A stretch of 64,000 nt of DNA from Octopus vulgaris (GCA_951406725.2 OX597816.1:5394001-5458000); one strand, 5' to 3'. Shown: positions 1 through 12,670, counted from the first letter of the stretch. Notes: a model not told the origin generated them from the letters alone. Numbers and translations are program-made.

Positions 1-473
1 CTGTGGGATACAATGATCCAGTGTGATCACCTGGACTAAACATCGGAAACGGAACATTGTTGTGGTGAATAAAAAAGAAAGAAAATGTATGATAATCGAC
101 ATAGCACACCCCGGGGACAAGAAGAAGAAAAAAATAAACAACTATGAATATTTGACGTGGGAAATACGAAGGTTGTGATCAATGAAGAGAATAGATGTGA
201 TACCAATAGTAATTGGTGCACTTGGGAGTATTAGTACTCAACACGGCTGAAACATGGCTACCAACATGGCTGAAAAATGTTGGTGCAAGTGCGATGGTAG
301 AACACCTAAAAAGTCAACATTGTTTGGAACTGCAAGAATTCTTCGCAGGGTTCTTGAAGTTTGACCAGTAAACAAATGTCTCCTTAGCCCGCGGGCTATG
401 AACAACTGACTCTTTCCATCATACCCAGCAAAATAAGCTGTGAGTTCCCATCAAATAATAATAATAATAATAA
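1..473 (+). mobile_element. 3' end of R4/Dong-like non-LTR retrotransposon (restriction-like endonuclease domain, 3'UTR, (AAT)n tail), decayed
   Basis: Broken frames read LWDTMIQCD..NIVVVNKKERKCMIIDIAHPGD..IDVIPIVIGALGSI..STLFGTARILRRVLEV*, typical of the RLE C-terminus; (AAT)n at about 454-473. Confidence 0.85.
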
Positions 474-999
474 TATGCCCTGATACAGTACCAGGCAGTG
501 GCTCTCGTGGCTTCTGACCTTAACTGATTGGAAGTGTTAACATGTACATTGTTTTGTCTTGGTATAAAAGATGGGCTAACAGCAAATATTCTGCTCAATA
601 CCACAGTTTTGCTTGTCAGTTGTTTGACCTTAACCAGTTGAGCATGTCCCTTGGTGGCTGACGATATGTGCATCTCTGGTCAGGAGAAGAAGTAGTTGGG
701 GAGCATCATAGCCATGTGTTGAGAGGGATTCTTTGGGGTTTGAATAATTCACTTCTGGAAACATGAGTGTTTCGTTCAACATCCTTAAACAACCCTTATT
801 CAAGGACCTTTTGAGTGGGATGGGCTACTCAACCTGAAGAAAATTCTAACTGGGCATGTGATGCATGTGCCTGGTGTACCTTTATCAGACGAGTAGCCAT
901 GATGGGTATACTGGGTTTCGGAGTAGCCATGATGGGTATACTGGGTTTCGTATATTTTACCCCAGTGTCATTTTGATAGCATACACTACTCTCTCACTC

Positions 1000-1075
<76 letters not shown>
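474..1075 (+). mobile_element. Non-autonomous (AAT)-tailed element, family D, copy 1
   Basis: Near-identical to 1077-1570 and 55330-55910; starts ATGCCCTGA, ends CTCA(AAT)n; exact 30-bp tandem duplication at 891-950. Confidence 0.8.
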
Positions 1076-1076
<1 letters not shown>

Positions 1077-1078
<2 letters not shown>

Positions 1079-1570
1079 GCCCTGAATCAGTATCAGACAG
1101 TGACTCTCATTGCTTCTGATCTTAACTGATTGGAAGTGTTAACATCTACATTTTTTGTCTTGGTATAAAAGATGGGCTAACAGCAAATATTCTGCTCAAT
1201 ACCACAGTTTTGCTTGTCAGTTGTTTGACCTTAACCAGTTGAGCATGTCCCTTGGTGGCTGACGATATGTGCATCTCTGGTCAGGAGAAGAAGTAGTTGG
1301 GGAGCATCATAGCCATGTGATGAGAGGGATTATTTCGTTCAACAACCTTAAACGATCCTTATTCAGGGACCTTTTGAGCGGGATGGGCTACAGCACCTGA
1401 AGAAATTTCTAACTGGGCCCCACTTGCAAGGTTATGCGCTGTTTATCTTCATATGAGATTACCCTGTCATGGACATATAGTTCTGATACATGTGCCTGGT
1501 GTACCCTTATCAGACGGATAGTCATGCTGGGTATACTGGGCTTTGTATATTTGTATTCCAGTGTCACAAT
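1077..1570 (+). mobile_element. Family D copy 2
   Basis: Same 5' end and body as copy 1; begins directly after the (AAT)n tail of copy 1. Confidence 0.8.
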
Positions 1571-1689
1571 GATGTGAATATGTCATTGAGTTAGACATAT
1601 ACACTCTTTCTTTCCTTCTTTTTTCATTCTTTCTTTCTTCTCAATGTTTCTCTCTCTTTTTCTTTCGCCCTACATTATATATACAAGCA

Positions 1690-1858
1690 ATCACGCACAC
1701 ACACACACGCATCACTGTGTGTGTGTGTGTGGATCGAATCACGTGCCAGGTAATAGTAATGTATATGACATACATACATACATACATACATACACATACG
1801 GACATTTCTATAGCGAAGATGATTTAAATACCATTAAGCAATGACATTTTAAAGAAAT

Positions 1859-1921
<63 letters not shown>

Positions 1922-2184
1922 TATATATTAGTAAACAGGCACACACACACAGGCATATCAGTGTGCATTTTTTGTATGTGTGTGTGTTTATAAGTGTGTC
2001 TTTGTGTGCGTGCGTGTGTGTGTGTGTGTGTGTTAGTGTGTGCGTGCGTGTGTGTATGTGTGTGTGTGTGTGTGTATGTATGTATATATATATGTGTGTG
2101 TGCGCGTGTGTATGTATGTATGTATATATATATGTGTGTGTGTATGTATGTGTGTGTGTGTGTGTGTATGTATATATATGTTTG

Positions 2185-2260
<76 letters not shown>

Positions 2261-2562
2261 TTTGTATTTATTAGATTTATAGAAAGGTGGGAAGCCGAAG
2301 TCAATGTTTTAATGGTGTTTAATTTCAAACGAGAGAGCTGCGAGACCAAATCTAAAGTAAACGATATTGCTCTACACACGTACACATCAGTACACATACA
2401 CACAAGCATACACACACACATACATAAACACACACACATACACATACATACATACATACACATACATACATATATACATACATACATACATACATACACA
2501 TACGGACATTTCTATAGCGAAGGTGATTTAAATACCATTAAGCAATGACATTTTAAAGAAAT

Positions 2563-2631
<69 letters not shown>

Positions 2632-2660
2632 ACATATACACACACACACATGCACGCACA
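1690..2660. repeat. Compound (CA)/(TG)/(CATA) microsatellite block with a duplicated ~75-bp unique cassette
   Basis: CATACGGACATTTCTATAGCGAAG..GAAATCATACACAC occurs at about 1795-1865 and 2499-2570. Confidence 0.9.
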
Positions 2661-2729
2661 AGAAAAATGTTCCAACAAGCTGAGAATTTACTTAACGATA
2701 TCTCGAATAAATATAAAAGGTTAAATTTG

Positions 2730-3095
2730 TGTTGCCCGGTTTTGCGATACACTTTGGAATCTTCCATAAGACTTTTACAGGAATTAAAGTATATTAAGAA
2801 GAATGGAGAGAGATGTCGGAAGCGAGGAGTGGAAGAGTGAGGTGTGGACGGAAGCGAAGGGAAGTGACGTCACATGAAGAAGCGGGGCATTCAACACAGC
2901 CTCTCCCTTCGCCAGGAAGTCGAGGGTGATAGACATGTGGAAGGGATCGTTTACGGAGACTAAAACAGATGTTGGGGTTTTTTTGCACGTGTGGGTACGG
3001 CTATCGAGTTCTGTTGATTCTTGTGAAGCGATGCTGGATACCCTGTTCGGATATTATCTCTACTTTTAATAAATGTATTACCCGGATAGGCAAAA
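2730..3095 (+). mobile_element. Probable solo LTR
   Basis: Starts TGTTGCC and ends GGCAAAA (one mismatch to an inverted GGCAACA); AATAAA at 3068; TATA-like sequence near 2790; no TSD visible because a SINE tail abuts the 3' end. Confidence 0.45.
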
Positions 3096-3097
3096 GG

Positions 3098-3410
3098 GTA
3101 AAGAGCCCCTTCAGTCATGAATTAGCATGTGATTGCACCTAGAGAGTTCCCCTCTAAGACACAAATCCGCACAAGGTTGTTTATGGAAGACCAGCAGTCG
3201 CCCATGCATACCAGCCTCCCCTCTCCACACCACCGATGTTATCCAAAGGAAAGGCAAAGACCAATACAGCTTGGCACCTGTGATGTTGCAACTCATTTCT
3301 ACAGCTGAGTGAACTGGAACAACGTAAAATAAAGTGTCTTGCTCAAAAGCACAACACACAGCCGGGTCCGGGAATCGAACTCGCTACCTCGTAATTGTGA
3401 GCCCGACGAC
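3098..3410 (-). mobile_element. tRNA-headed CORE-like SINE (family C)
   Basis: On minus: B-box GAGTTCGATTCCC then CORE-like TTGAGCAAGACACTT..CAGCTGTAGAAATGAG; second copy at 62068-62400. Confidence 0.8.
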
Positions 3411-3554
3411 CGCCTTATGAATATCGAAAAACACAAAAAAATAATTAAATACTTTGACGTACTTTGCGCTTTTACTTGGTTTTTTTTCAAAAACCCAAGT
3501 TTAATTTGAGTGGGCGCAGCCAAGATTCGATCCAGGTAAGCAGATGCCATAGTT

Positions 3555-3710
3555 CTTTTCTACTCTAGGCACAAAGCCCAAAATTTTGGGGAGGGAGCCA
3601 GTCGATTAGATGGACCCCATTACGCAACTAGTATTTAATTTATCGACTCCCAAAGGATGAAATGCAGAGTCGACCTCGACAGAAATTGAACTCGGAACGT
3701 AAAAGGCTGA
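3555..3710 (-). mobile_element. SINE family B, partial
   Basis: Family B central domain and terminal tail, diverged. Confidence 0.7.
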
Positions 3711-3801
3711 TTACCAGAGTTGAATGATCGATAAACGAAATGGAGTTGGGTGCATTTTGTGGACAAAGAGAATTATTCGGTTCTTACTTTGTCCACTTAT
3801 A

Positions 3802-4205
3802 TATTTCTTTATTACCCACAAGGGGCTAAACATAGAGAGGACAAACAAGGACAGACAAACGGATTAAGTCGATTATATCGACACCAGTGCGTAACTGGTA
3901 CTTTATTTAATCGAGTACCCCGAAAGGAATGAAAGGCAAAGTCGAACCTCGGCGGAATTTGAACTCAGAACGTAACGGCAGACGAAATACCTATTTCTTT
4001 ACTACCCACAAGGGGCTAAACACAGAGGGACAAACAAGGACAGACTGACGGATTAAGTCGATTATATCGACCCCGGTGGGTAACTGGTACTTAATTTAAT
4101 CGACCCCGAAAGAATGAAAGTCAAATTGGAACTCAGAACGTAACGGCAAACGAAATACCGCTGAAGCATTTCACCCGGCGTGCTAACGTTTTTACCTGCT
4201 CGCCG
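3802..4205 (-). mobile_element. SINE family B (tRNA head, Meta/MESC-like central domain), dimeric body
   Basis: Head with A/B-box-like TGGCAGAA..GTTCAAAT; central GTCGACTTTGCCTTTCATCCTTTCGGGGTCGAT resembles the Meta domain as recalled. Confidence 0.85.
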
Positions 4206-5041
4206 CTTTGAGGTGCCTGTTTATGATAGCAGCAAAATTTTCGACTCTGTCCCGTATTCATTGATACATAAAGTACTCAACATCTTAAGATACGGTAAAA
4301 AAACACAACGTTTCGTAGCCTAGCTGTTAGGTTGTCAGGTCAACGTCAAGTGAATTAACAGCATTTCTGAAACGTATACCACCAGGATTCGGTTTGTCAT
4401 TCATATTTTTTATTCCATACACAAATATACACAGAAATATATCAACAATATATACACGAGATATACACCTTCGTCCAAAAATCATATAAGATTTGTATCC
4501 AGCTGCCATTTTCCAGACAAAGCTGCACCGCTCTTCTCACTGTACGACAGAAAGCTTGCTCTAGAACAACACACCGAAAAAAAGAAACTGATTGAAGTCA
4601 ACAACACTAGAGACGAAAAAAATATAACCAACCATAAAGATAAAAATGATACGAGTTAAAATATCACCATGGCATTCATAAAACATTGTATATATAGGAA
4701 AGAAAGAAAAACGATGAAAAACATATTTAGTACGTGTCAAGGTAACAGAGAAAATGTATAACAGAGCATCTAGACAACACAGGATATGTATAACGAGTAC
4801 AGACATGCTGTATACAATGTAGTATTAATGAATTGTAGGCATGTGGTCTTTCGTTATGCAACCATAATATACTATAAAATATATTAAATGTTTTTTTATA
4901 AGTCAACACCACGTCCTACTATGTTAGCAGTGCTGTTTATATTATTTTGTTTTTTTCTTGTGATTCTTTTTTTGTGGTTTTGTTTTGCTACGACGTTTCG
5001 TACTAAGATGTCAGATGTCAACAAAGATAGAGACAAAATAA

Positions 5042-5440
5042 GGCGGGGAGCTGGCAGAATCGTTAGCACGCCGGGCGAAATGCGTAGTCGCATTTCGTCT
5101 GCCATTACGTTCTGAGTTCAACTTCCGCCGAGGTCGACTTTGCCTTTCATCCTTTCGGGGTCGATTAAATTAAGTACCAGTTACGCACTGGGGTCGATGT
5201 AATCTACTTAATCCGTTTGTCTGTCCTTGTTTGTCCTCTCTGTGTTTAGCCCCTTGTGGGCAGTAAAGAAATAGGTATTTCGTCTGTCTTTACATTCTGA
5301 GTTGAAATTCCGCCGAGGTCGACTTTGCCTTTCATCCTTTCAGGGTCGATAAATTAAGTACCAGTTACGTACTGGGGTCGACCTAATCCGTTTGTCTGTC
5401 CGTGTTTGTCCCCTCTGTGTTTAGCCCCTTGTAGGTAGTA
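5042..5440 (+). mobile_element. SINE family B
   Basis: Head plus two body units. Confidence 0.85.
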
Positions 5441-5455
5441 AGGATTTAAAGAATG

Positions 5456-5660
5456 AGACAAAATAAATGGGTAATGAGTGTATATGCCATATTTCGGTGG
5501 TCGTTGCCCCTTCATCAGCAGCCAATTAATACACTCTCGCTGTATGTAGTGGCTATATAGACAATGTATTCGGAGGGGAGAAGAATGGATTAGATGAGTG
5601 TTGATGAAGGCGCAACAACCCCCGAAATATGGCATATACACTCATTGTCCATTTTCGTCT
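5456..5660. repeat. Inverted repeat (~55-60-bp arms, ~78-bp spacer), each arm with a hammerhead-like core
   Basis: 5466-5520 is the reverse complement of 5599-5654 with few mismatches. Confidence 0.75.
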
Positions 5661-5804
5661 TCGATCCCATTGTTTCTTTACACATGCTGGCTATAATTTC
5701 TGTAGAAATAACCAAACCATAACTAGTCCGTGGTTACTTCCAATAGTCTTTACAGTGTTCACAGAGCGTTGAGCAGCAGTCGTAAAAAGATCATGAACAG
5801 CACA

Positions 5805-6230
5805 GGCGCAGGAGTGGCTGTGTGGTAAGTAGCTTGCTAACCAACCACATGGTTCCGGGTTCAGTCCCACTGCGTGGCATCTTGGGCAAGTGTTTTCTGC
5901 TATAGCCCCGGGCCGACCAATGCCTTGTAAGTGGATTTGGTAGACGGAAAACTGAAAGAAGCCTGTCGTATATATGTATATATATATATATATGTATGTA
6001 TGTGTATGTGTGTGTGTTTGTGTTTGTCCCCCTAGCATTGCTTGACAACCGATGCTGGTGTGTTTACGTCCCCGTCACTTAGCGGTTCGGCAAAAGAGAC
6101 CGATAGAATAAGTACTGGGCTTACAAAGAACAAGTCCCGGGGTCGATTTGCTCGACTAAAAGGCGGTGCTCCAGCATGGCCGCAGTCAAATGACTGAAAC
6201 AAGTAAAAAGGGAAAAGAGTAAAAAGAGTA
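5805..6230 (+). mobile_element. SINE family A (tRNA head, CORE-like segment, internal (TA)/(TG) microsatellite, (GTAAAAGA)n tail)
   Basis: Full-length; likely TSD AGCACA. Confidence 0.9.
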
Positions 6231-6461
6231 GCACAAGGTCATTGGAAGGAAGAAAGAACAACTCATACAAAAAATACCCAAAGTAGAACGAAACAAGCAA
6301 TCGCATGCCAAAGCTAATACGATCCAACAAAGTGTTATTGTCATGATGATTGTTTACTGTGATGGCTATTCATTATACTTGCCGTGTTTATGGATTCACT
6401 GATGGCTAAATAAACCAAGTCTTCATGCACAGATTTTCCCCATCTGGAATTAAGTAATTGT

Positions 6462-6894
6462 GTGGCTTTGTGGTAAGTAGCTTGCATGGCGCAGGAGTGG
6501 CTGTGTGGTAAGTAGCTTGCTTACCAACCACATGGTTCCGGGTTCAGTCCTACTGCGTGGCATCTTGGGCAAGTGTCTTCTGCTATAGCCTCGGGCCGAC
6601 CAATGCCTTGTGAGTGGATTTGGTAGACGGAAACTGAAAGAAGCCTGTCGGATATATGTATATATATATATATATGTATGTGTGTGTATATTTGTGTTTC
6701 TGCGTTTGTCCCCCCAACATCGCTTGACAACCGATGCTGGTGTGTTTATGTCCCCGTAACCTAGCGGTTCGGCAAAAAGAGACCGATAGAATAAGTACTG
6801 GGTTTACAAAGAATTGCTCGACTAAAGGCGGTGCTCCAGCATGGCCGCAGTCAAATGACTGAAACAAGTAAAAGAGAAAATAGAGTAAAGAGTA
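6462..6894 (+). mobile_element. SINE family A with duplicated 5' head segment
   Basis: TSD AGTAATTGTGT at 6453-6463 and 6891-6901. Confidence 0.9.
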
Positions 6895-7224
6895 ATTGTG
6901 TCTTTTTATTTTTTTGGCTCTTGAACAAACGAAAAAGACCAGCGGTTCTTTCCTTCACTTTTCTCTTCTCTCGAATTTCTTTCTAATTAGTTTGTCGCCA
7001 CCTCTTCCCATTTAGTTATTGTTACAAGCCCCAGTTTTAACAATTCTGAGAAATTCTTCTTCTGTCCTTTGTTATAACCTTTTCCTTTTTTGTTCCAGTT
7101 GAGAATAAAAGACTTGTTTTAGAAACCGGTTATAAGTCATTCAAAGAAGGTGACCTGTTCATCTCGGTTTTTATTTTTTATGTCAATTATTTCAATGCTG
7201 TATTTTCTTTTGATTCCACTGACG

Positions 7225-7410
7225 GTACACACATTCGTTCGATAACCCTTCCAACCGACTTCAAGGATGCTGCAAAGACAGCGTTGATGAAACGTTCCAA
7301 TATTTTCAGGTGGAAGGCATCTCCATACCGAATTTCTGTAGAAAACCAAGGCCTTGAAGCTAAGCGTTTTCGTGTCGTTTCTAATATTTCCTTTATTAAA
7401 GAATATTGTC
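7225..7410 (-). mobile_element. RTE-like LINE C-terminal fragment
   Basis: TKTLSFKALV..GTFHQRCLCSILEVGWKGYRTNV resembles the RTE motif FHQRCLRxILxIxWxDxxTN. Confidence 0.6.
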
Positions 7411-8669
7411 CTATAGAACGTGAATACGGTCTTCGTGATAGTCAATGAAAGCAGTGAAACCATGGCAACAGAATCTACCATGCGCAAAACACAAGAAGAA
7501 AGAAAATAATCTAACAAATAGAAGCCAACATACAATTTTTCAGGACCCACCATACACGGAAAGAAAGAAAGACAAGATTTTACGACAAAACAATAGCAAA
7601 CAATGAAAAAAGAACTGAAAGCTAAAATGACGATGAAGGATATTGGAAAAGACCAGTGAGGCTTTTCAAATAAATACCACAAAAATATATCCTCGACCTC
7701 ACCTTCAAAATATACCCTCGACCTTCCATCTAACAATAAACAGAATAACAACAAATTAAACAGGATTAACATTGAGGAAAACCCCGCAGAAACAGTAAAG
7801 AAACCATAAGCTAAGGCCTTACAAATATCAATAAACTTGGATTAACAGAAATCGCTTCCCCGCAAGCTGCCAAAAGAAGGAAGCTTCTCGAAAGAAGAAC
7901 TAAACGCAACAAAGGCTGACACGTAATTTTGTTCTTCACGGAAATGAAGTGGAATAGCATGAGGCGAAATGATCTGATTTGTCAGTAATCATGGTGGTTC
8001 TGAGGAGAACCCAGCTGTAGCCTAGCAAAACTAAACAGGGAGAATAAATGCTATATAAAAATTAGAAAATAAATATGGAAAAAATCTATCTTTACCGAGA
8101 AAAGAGGAAAGAAATAAAACCTAATATGAAAAAGGAAACATTCAGATAATAAGAAAAATTTAACATTAAAAAAATTATCCAAGAAATAAAGGAAAAACTT
8201 GAGAAAATCTTGTCACCAAATATATGTAATATGAGACTCTTGGAAAAACATGAGCGCTTCTTTGGAGAGAAGATATTTGAAATAAATAGAATATTTTAAA
8301 GGGACGTCAAAGAAAATTCTAATGCTGTATGACATATATAAACGATTGCTGAAGCATACGAGGGAGAAACTATGGAACACAAGCGTTTAGCAGCATGAAA
8401 ATGCACGATTTATTAGATCAGGAAAAATGGTTTCATAATATGATAGCATCTGATAACATATTATATTGTTGCACGTTGAAGGTCCTACACATAAGTAAAA
8501 TACCGACAATAGTAACTCAGAAAACTCAACCATTCCACGCCGAGAACAAAGTTAAACTCAGCCCTTTCACACAGTATGAATATTTGAGGGTGAATCCAGA
8601 TTTCCTCTGCCTTGTTTGCTATCGGTGACTGCCTTAAACAACATGCGACAGGAAACCGGCATGTAGGAT

Positions 8670-8904
8670 TACTTTTTACTCTTTACTCTTTTACTTGTTT
8701 CAGTCATTCGACTGCGGCCATGCTGGAGCTCCGCCTTTAGTCGAGCAAATCGACCCCGGGACTTATTCTTTGTAAGACCAGTACTTATTCCATCGGTCTC
8801 TGTTGCCGAACCGCTAAGTGACGGGGATGTAAACACACCAGCATCGGTTGTCAAGCAATGCTAGGGGGACAAATACAGACACACAAACATATACACACAC
8901 ACAT

Positions 8905-8959
<55 letters not shown>

Positions 8960-9122
8960 TACGACGGGCTTCTTTCAGTTTCCGTCTACCAAATCCACTC
9001 ACAAGGCATTGGTCGGCTCGAGGATATAGTAGAAGACACTTGCCCAAGATACCACCCAGTGGGACTGAACCCGGAAACATGTGGTTGGTAAGCAAGCTAC
9101 TTACCACACAGCCACTCCTGCC
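8670..9122 (-). mobile_element. SINE family A
   Basis: Full-length reverse copy. Confidence 0.9.
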
Positions 9123-9324
9123 ATGGAATATTTATATAATTCACCTGTCATGGATTAGTTATATAATTCACCTTTTTCTTTACGTATCATTTAATAGGAT
9201 TCAAAAACTATTTACGAGGGTAAATACACAGTTGGAAAGAATTTATGAAAGGTGTTCATGAACTGGAAATAGATAATGGAAACGAGAATAAAAGAACTCG
9301 ATATCAGAAATAATGAAGTTGGAT

Positions 9325-9410
<86 letters not shown>

Positions 9411-9444
9411 ATACATACACATACATACATATAGATATATATAT

Positions 9445-9920
<476 letters not shown>

Positions 9921-10322
9921 AGCTTGTAGAACACACCATCTCCTCCAATGAGAAGCTACCTCTTTACTATACTAAATTAGAATGTACGTGTCTTGGAGAG
10001 TTTAGTCTAACAAATGGAATTCACAAAAATCCAAGTGTGCATCCAAAGCAATACCATTGCATTCTGTTACTCGTTTTGAAGAGCTGAAAGTTTCTCAGGT
10101 ACTTCTAGACACTTGATAATATCTTGTGGCGCTTGATGACTTCTCGCCTGATGACAAACCTTCGCTTCTGTCTATGTCTTGTGCCGCCAATTTATTGCTT
10201 GGTTCCAGGAATATGAAACCACACGGCAAACCCGCTGCCTGTTCAAGGCTGAGAAAATGGATGAATACGTTCAAAGACGGAAACAAACGAATGACTCTGA
10301 AATCCAGATGGCAACTATGTCT

Positions 10323-10738
10323 TATTTCTTTATTGCCCTCAAGGGGCTAAACATAGAGGAGACAAACAAGGACAGACAAAGGGATTAAGTCGATTACATC
10401 GACCCCAGTGCGTAACTGGTACTTAATTTATCGAATCCGAAAGGATGAAAGGCAAAGTCGACCTCGGCGGAATTTGAACTCAGAATGTAGCGACAGATGA
10501 AATACCTATTTCTTTACTACCCACAAGGGGCTAAACACAGAGAGGACATACAAGGACAGACAAATGGATTAAGTTGATTATATCGACCCCAGTGCGTAAC
10601 TGGTACTTAATTTATCGAACCCGAAAGGATGAAAGGCAAAGTCGACCTCGGCGGAATTTGAACTCAGAGCGTAACAGCAGACGGAATTCCGCTAAGCATT
10701 TTGTCAAGTGTGCTAACGATTCTGCCAGCTTGCCGCCT
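10323..10738 (-). mobile_element. SINE family B, dimeric body
   Basis: Two ~180-bp body units plus head. Confidence 0.9.
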
Positions 10739-11180
10739 TAAACACACTTAGCGTCACACTTGGCGACTGTGTCTGACGAGCGAATTGAGCGTACTTGAAA
10801 GAAACGTATTTCTAACTGAATATCTAGTTTCTATGCCTAAAAAAGTTAATCCAGGCAAGAAGTGAGAGGTCACACACTGGTAATGGAGAAAGATTGATAA
10901 TCCGGTTTTCTCAGCGGTGAATGATTCCATGCAAGACCACACTTTATCGATTCCTGCTCGTTCCGTTTCGAAACATTGCCATTACACATAGGAATTCTTT
11001 AGCAGATATGTCTACCTGGTAAAGATTTAAATGACCAGCCCCTAACGCCCCCCACCTCACTTCTTTTTGCGTTTGTGTTATACACCGCATTAAAATAATT
11101 TTGCTTCCGTTTGCATCGATGAAGTTGGTAAAGATTTGTTTTGCATGTTTGCCTGTTGGCATCGCTGCTACAACTGTTGT

Positions 11181-11277
11181 CTTCTTCTTCTTCTTCTTCT
11201 TCTTCTTCTTCTTCTTCTTCTTCTTCTTCTTCTTCTTCTTCTTCTTCTTCTTCTTCTTCTTCTTCTTCTTCTTCTTC
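11181..11277. repeat. Pure (CTT)/(GAA) tract of about 32 units
   Basis: Direct reading; likely the tail of the adjacent minus-strand SINE. Confidence 0.95.
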
Positions 11278-11728
11278 CAATCAGGACTCACGCTATCAGC
11301 CACAAAAAATATAGAGCCTACTCTAAGCTACTAAGAATGCGTGTGGCAACTTGAAGATCTACCCACCACACGCGATAGACTGGCGGTTGCACGGGCGCGA
11401 AAGCTATGTTGTTATCCTCATTCCATAAACGGTGGCTTTTAACGGGTGGAGAGCTGAACCATCCTGGGGTATAGAGGATTCGCAATCTAGACTAGGGTCT
11501 GAAAGTTGACCACACCATAATGGGTTACACCATGGTTCGTCTGCTTTGTGGCAGAAGTAGGAAGAAAGAGAGAGAAAGTTGTGGTGAAAGAGTGCAGTGG
11601 GATTCACCACCCCCACCGGAGCCTCGTGTTTTTGCTCAATAAACACTCACAATTCCCGGTCTGGGAATCGAAACCGCGTTCTTACGACCACGAGTCCGCT
11701 GCCCTAACCACTGGGTCGTTGCGCCTCC
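11278..11728 (-). mobile_element. tRNA-headed SINE family E, variant 3' body
   Basis: Head GGAGGCGCA..AGTGGTTAGGGCAGCGGACTCG..GGTTTCGATTCCCAGAC shared with 43484 and 52220. Confidence 0.8.
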
Positions 11729-12559
11729 ACACAACTGTTGTTGTCGTTGTTGGTGGTGCTGTGTTTGTTGTTGTTGTTGCTTTTGTCATTTGCTTGTTAT
11801 GCTTGATTTTTTTTAATGTTGACTATGTTATTGTTGTTGCTAATCTTCCTCTCAGATTTGGTGTCGTTCTGGTATGCCACCATTGTTGCTCTGTAGCTTG
11901 CTGTTGTTGCTACTTCTACCGATTCTCTCTCTCTTCGATGGCATCCGAGACAGAGGCAGCGGTGACTGAGAGAGAGAAGGGAGAGAGAGAGAGAAAGAGA
12001 GAGGAACGATTTATTTCTCAATATAAGACGTGAGTGATGAGGTAACTGCCCCCTTACTGATTTTTATCGCCGATCGCTCAACCGTCGTTGACCAGCTGCC
12101 ATGTGTGACGCTAAGTGTGTTTATATTCACACAAAATAAAAAAAAATGGCTTCGTGAAAATATAGACACACAAATATATACAGAATAAGAGAGGGAGAAA
12201 CAGAGGAACAGAAGGAAAAAGAGAGAAAAGGAGAGTGAGAGAGAGAGAGAGAGAGAAAGAGAGAAACAAATGCTTTAGTTTTATTAGTTAGCTTTTACTA
12301 ATTAAATATTGTTTCTGTTCTTTCAGATTACGTAATACAACAGGGGAACGAGATGCGCAGCCAACGCTGTCGCATTTGTTGAACTATCTTGACCGTTCAT
12401 GTCATTTTTATTACTGTAAATTTACATACATGCACATGCATATGTATACATGCATGTGTGTGTACATTATGTATATATACACGTCCTTTTTTCGTTTCTT
12501 TTCTTTTATCTCTCCTCAGTCAATATTCTTTTTTCACACTCCTTTACCTCCCATTTATA

Positions 12560-12670
12560 ATTTTCTCGTGATGCTGGACTCGTGTCCGAAACGTTAAGAT
12601 TCTCTTCCATTTTACGCGTTAAACTTTTACTATGTTTGTTAAAACTTGTCCCGCCTGCGTTGTCTTTTTT
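12560..12670 (+). mobile_element. Penelope-like terminal remnant with degenerate minimal hammerhead motif
   Basis: tctCGTGATGCt-GGAC-tcgt-GTCC-GAAACGTTA-aga; downstream sequence resembles the 16130 and 24073 elements. Confidence 0.45.

Noticed and set aside
1921-2548. Long ORFs rich in CV/HT/YI (also 17900-18950, 22650-23110, 48300-48760, 49216-50956)
   Set aside because: Translations of di- and trinucleotide microsatellites, not genes
7137-7772. 211-aa hydrophobic ORF
   Set aside because: T-rich antisense of A-rich sequence fused to an RTE remnant; no coherent protein
7420-8640. A-rich stretch resembling a decayed LINE (similar texture at 49680-50520)
   Set aside because: No diagnostic motif could be read; left unassigned
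10126-10320. ORF with LRKWMNTFKDG resembling a mariner HTH
   Set aside because: Too short and degenerate; no TIRs found
12310-12400. Plus-strand acceptor TTTCTGTTCTTTCAG
   Set aside because: No convincing donor or domain; adjoins a Penelope-like remnant
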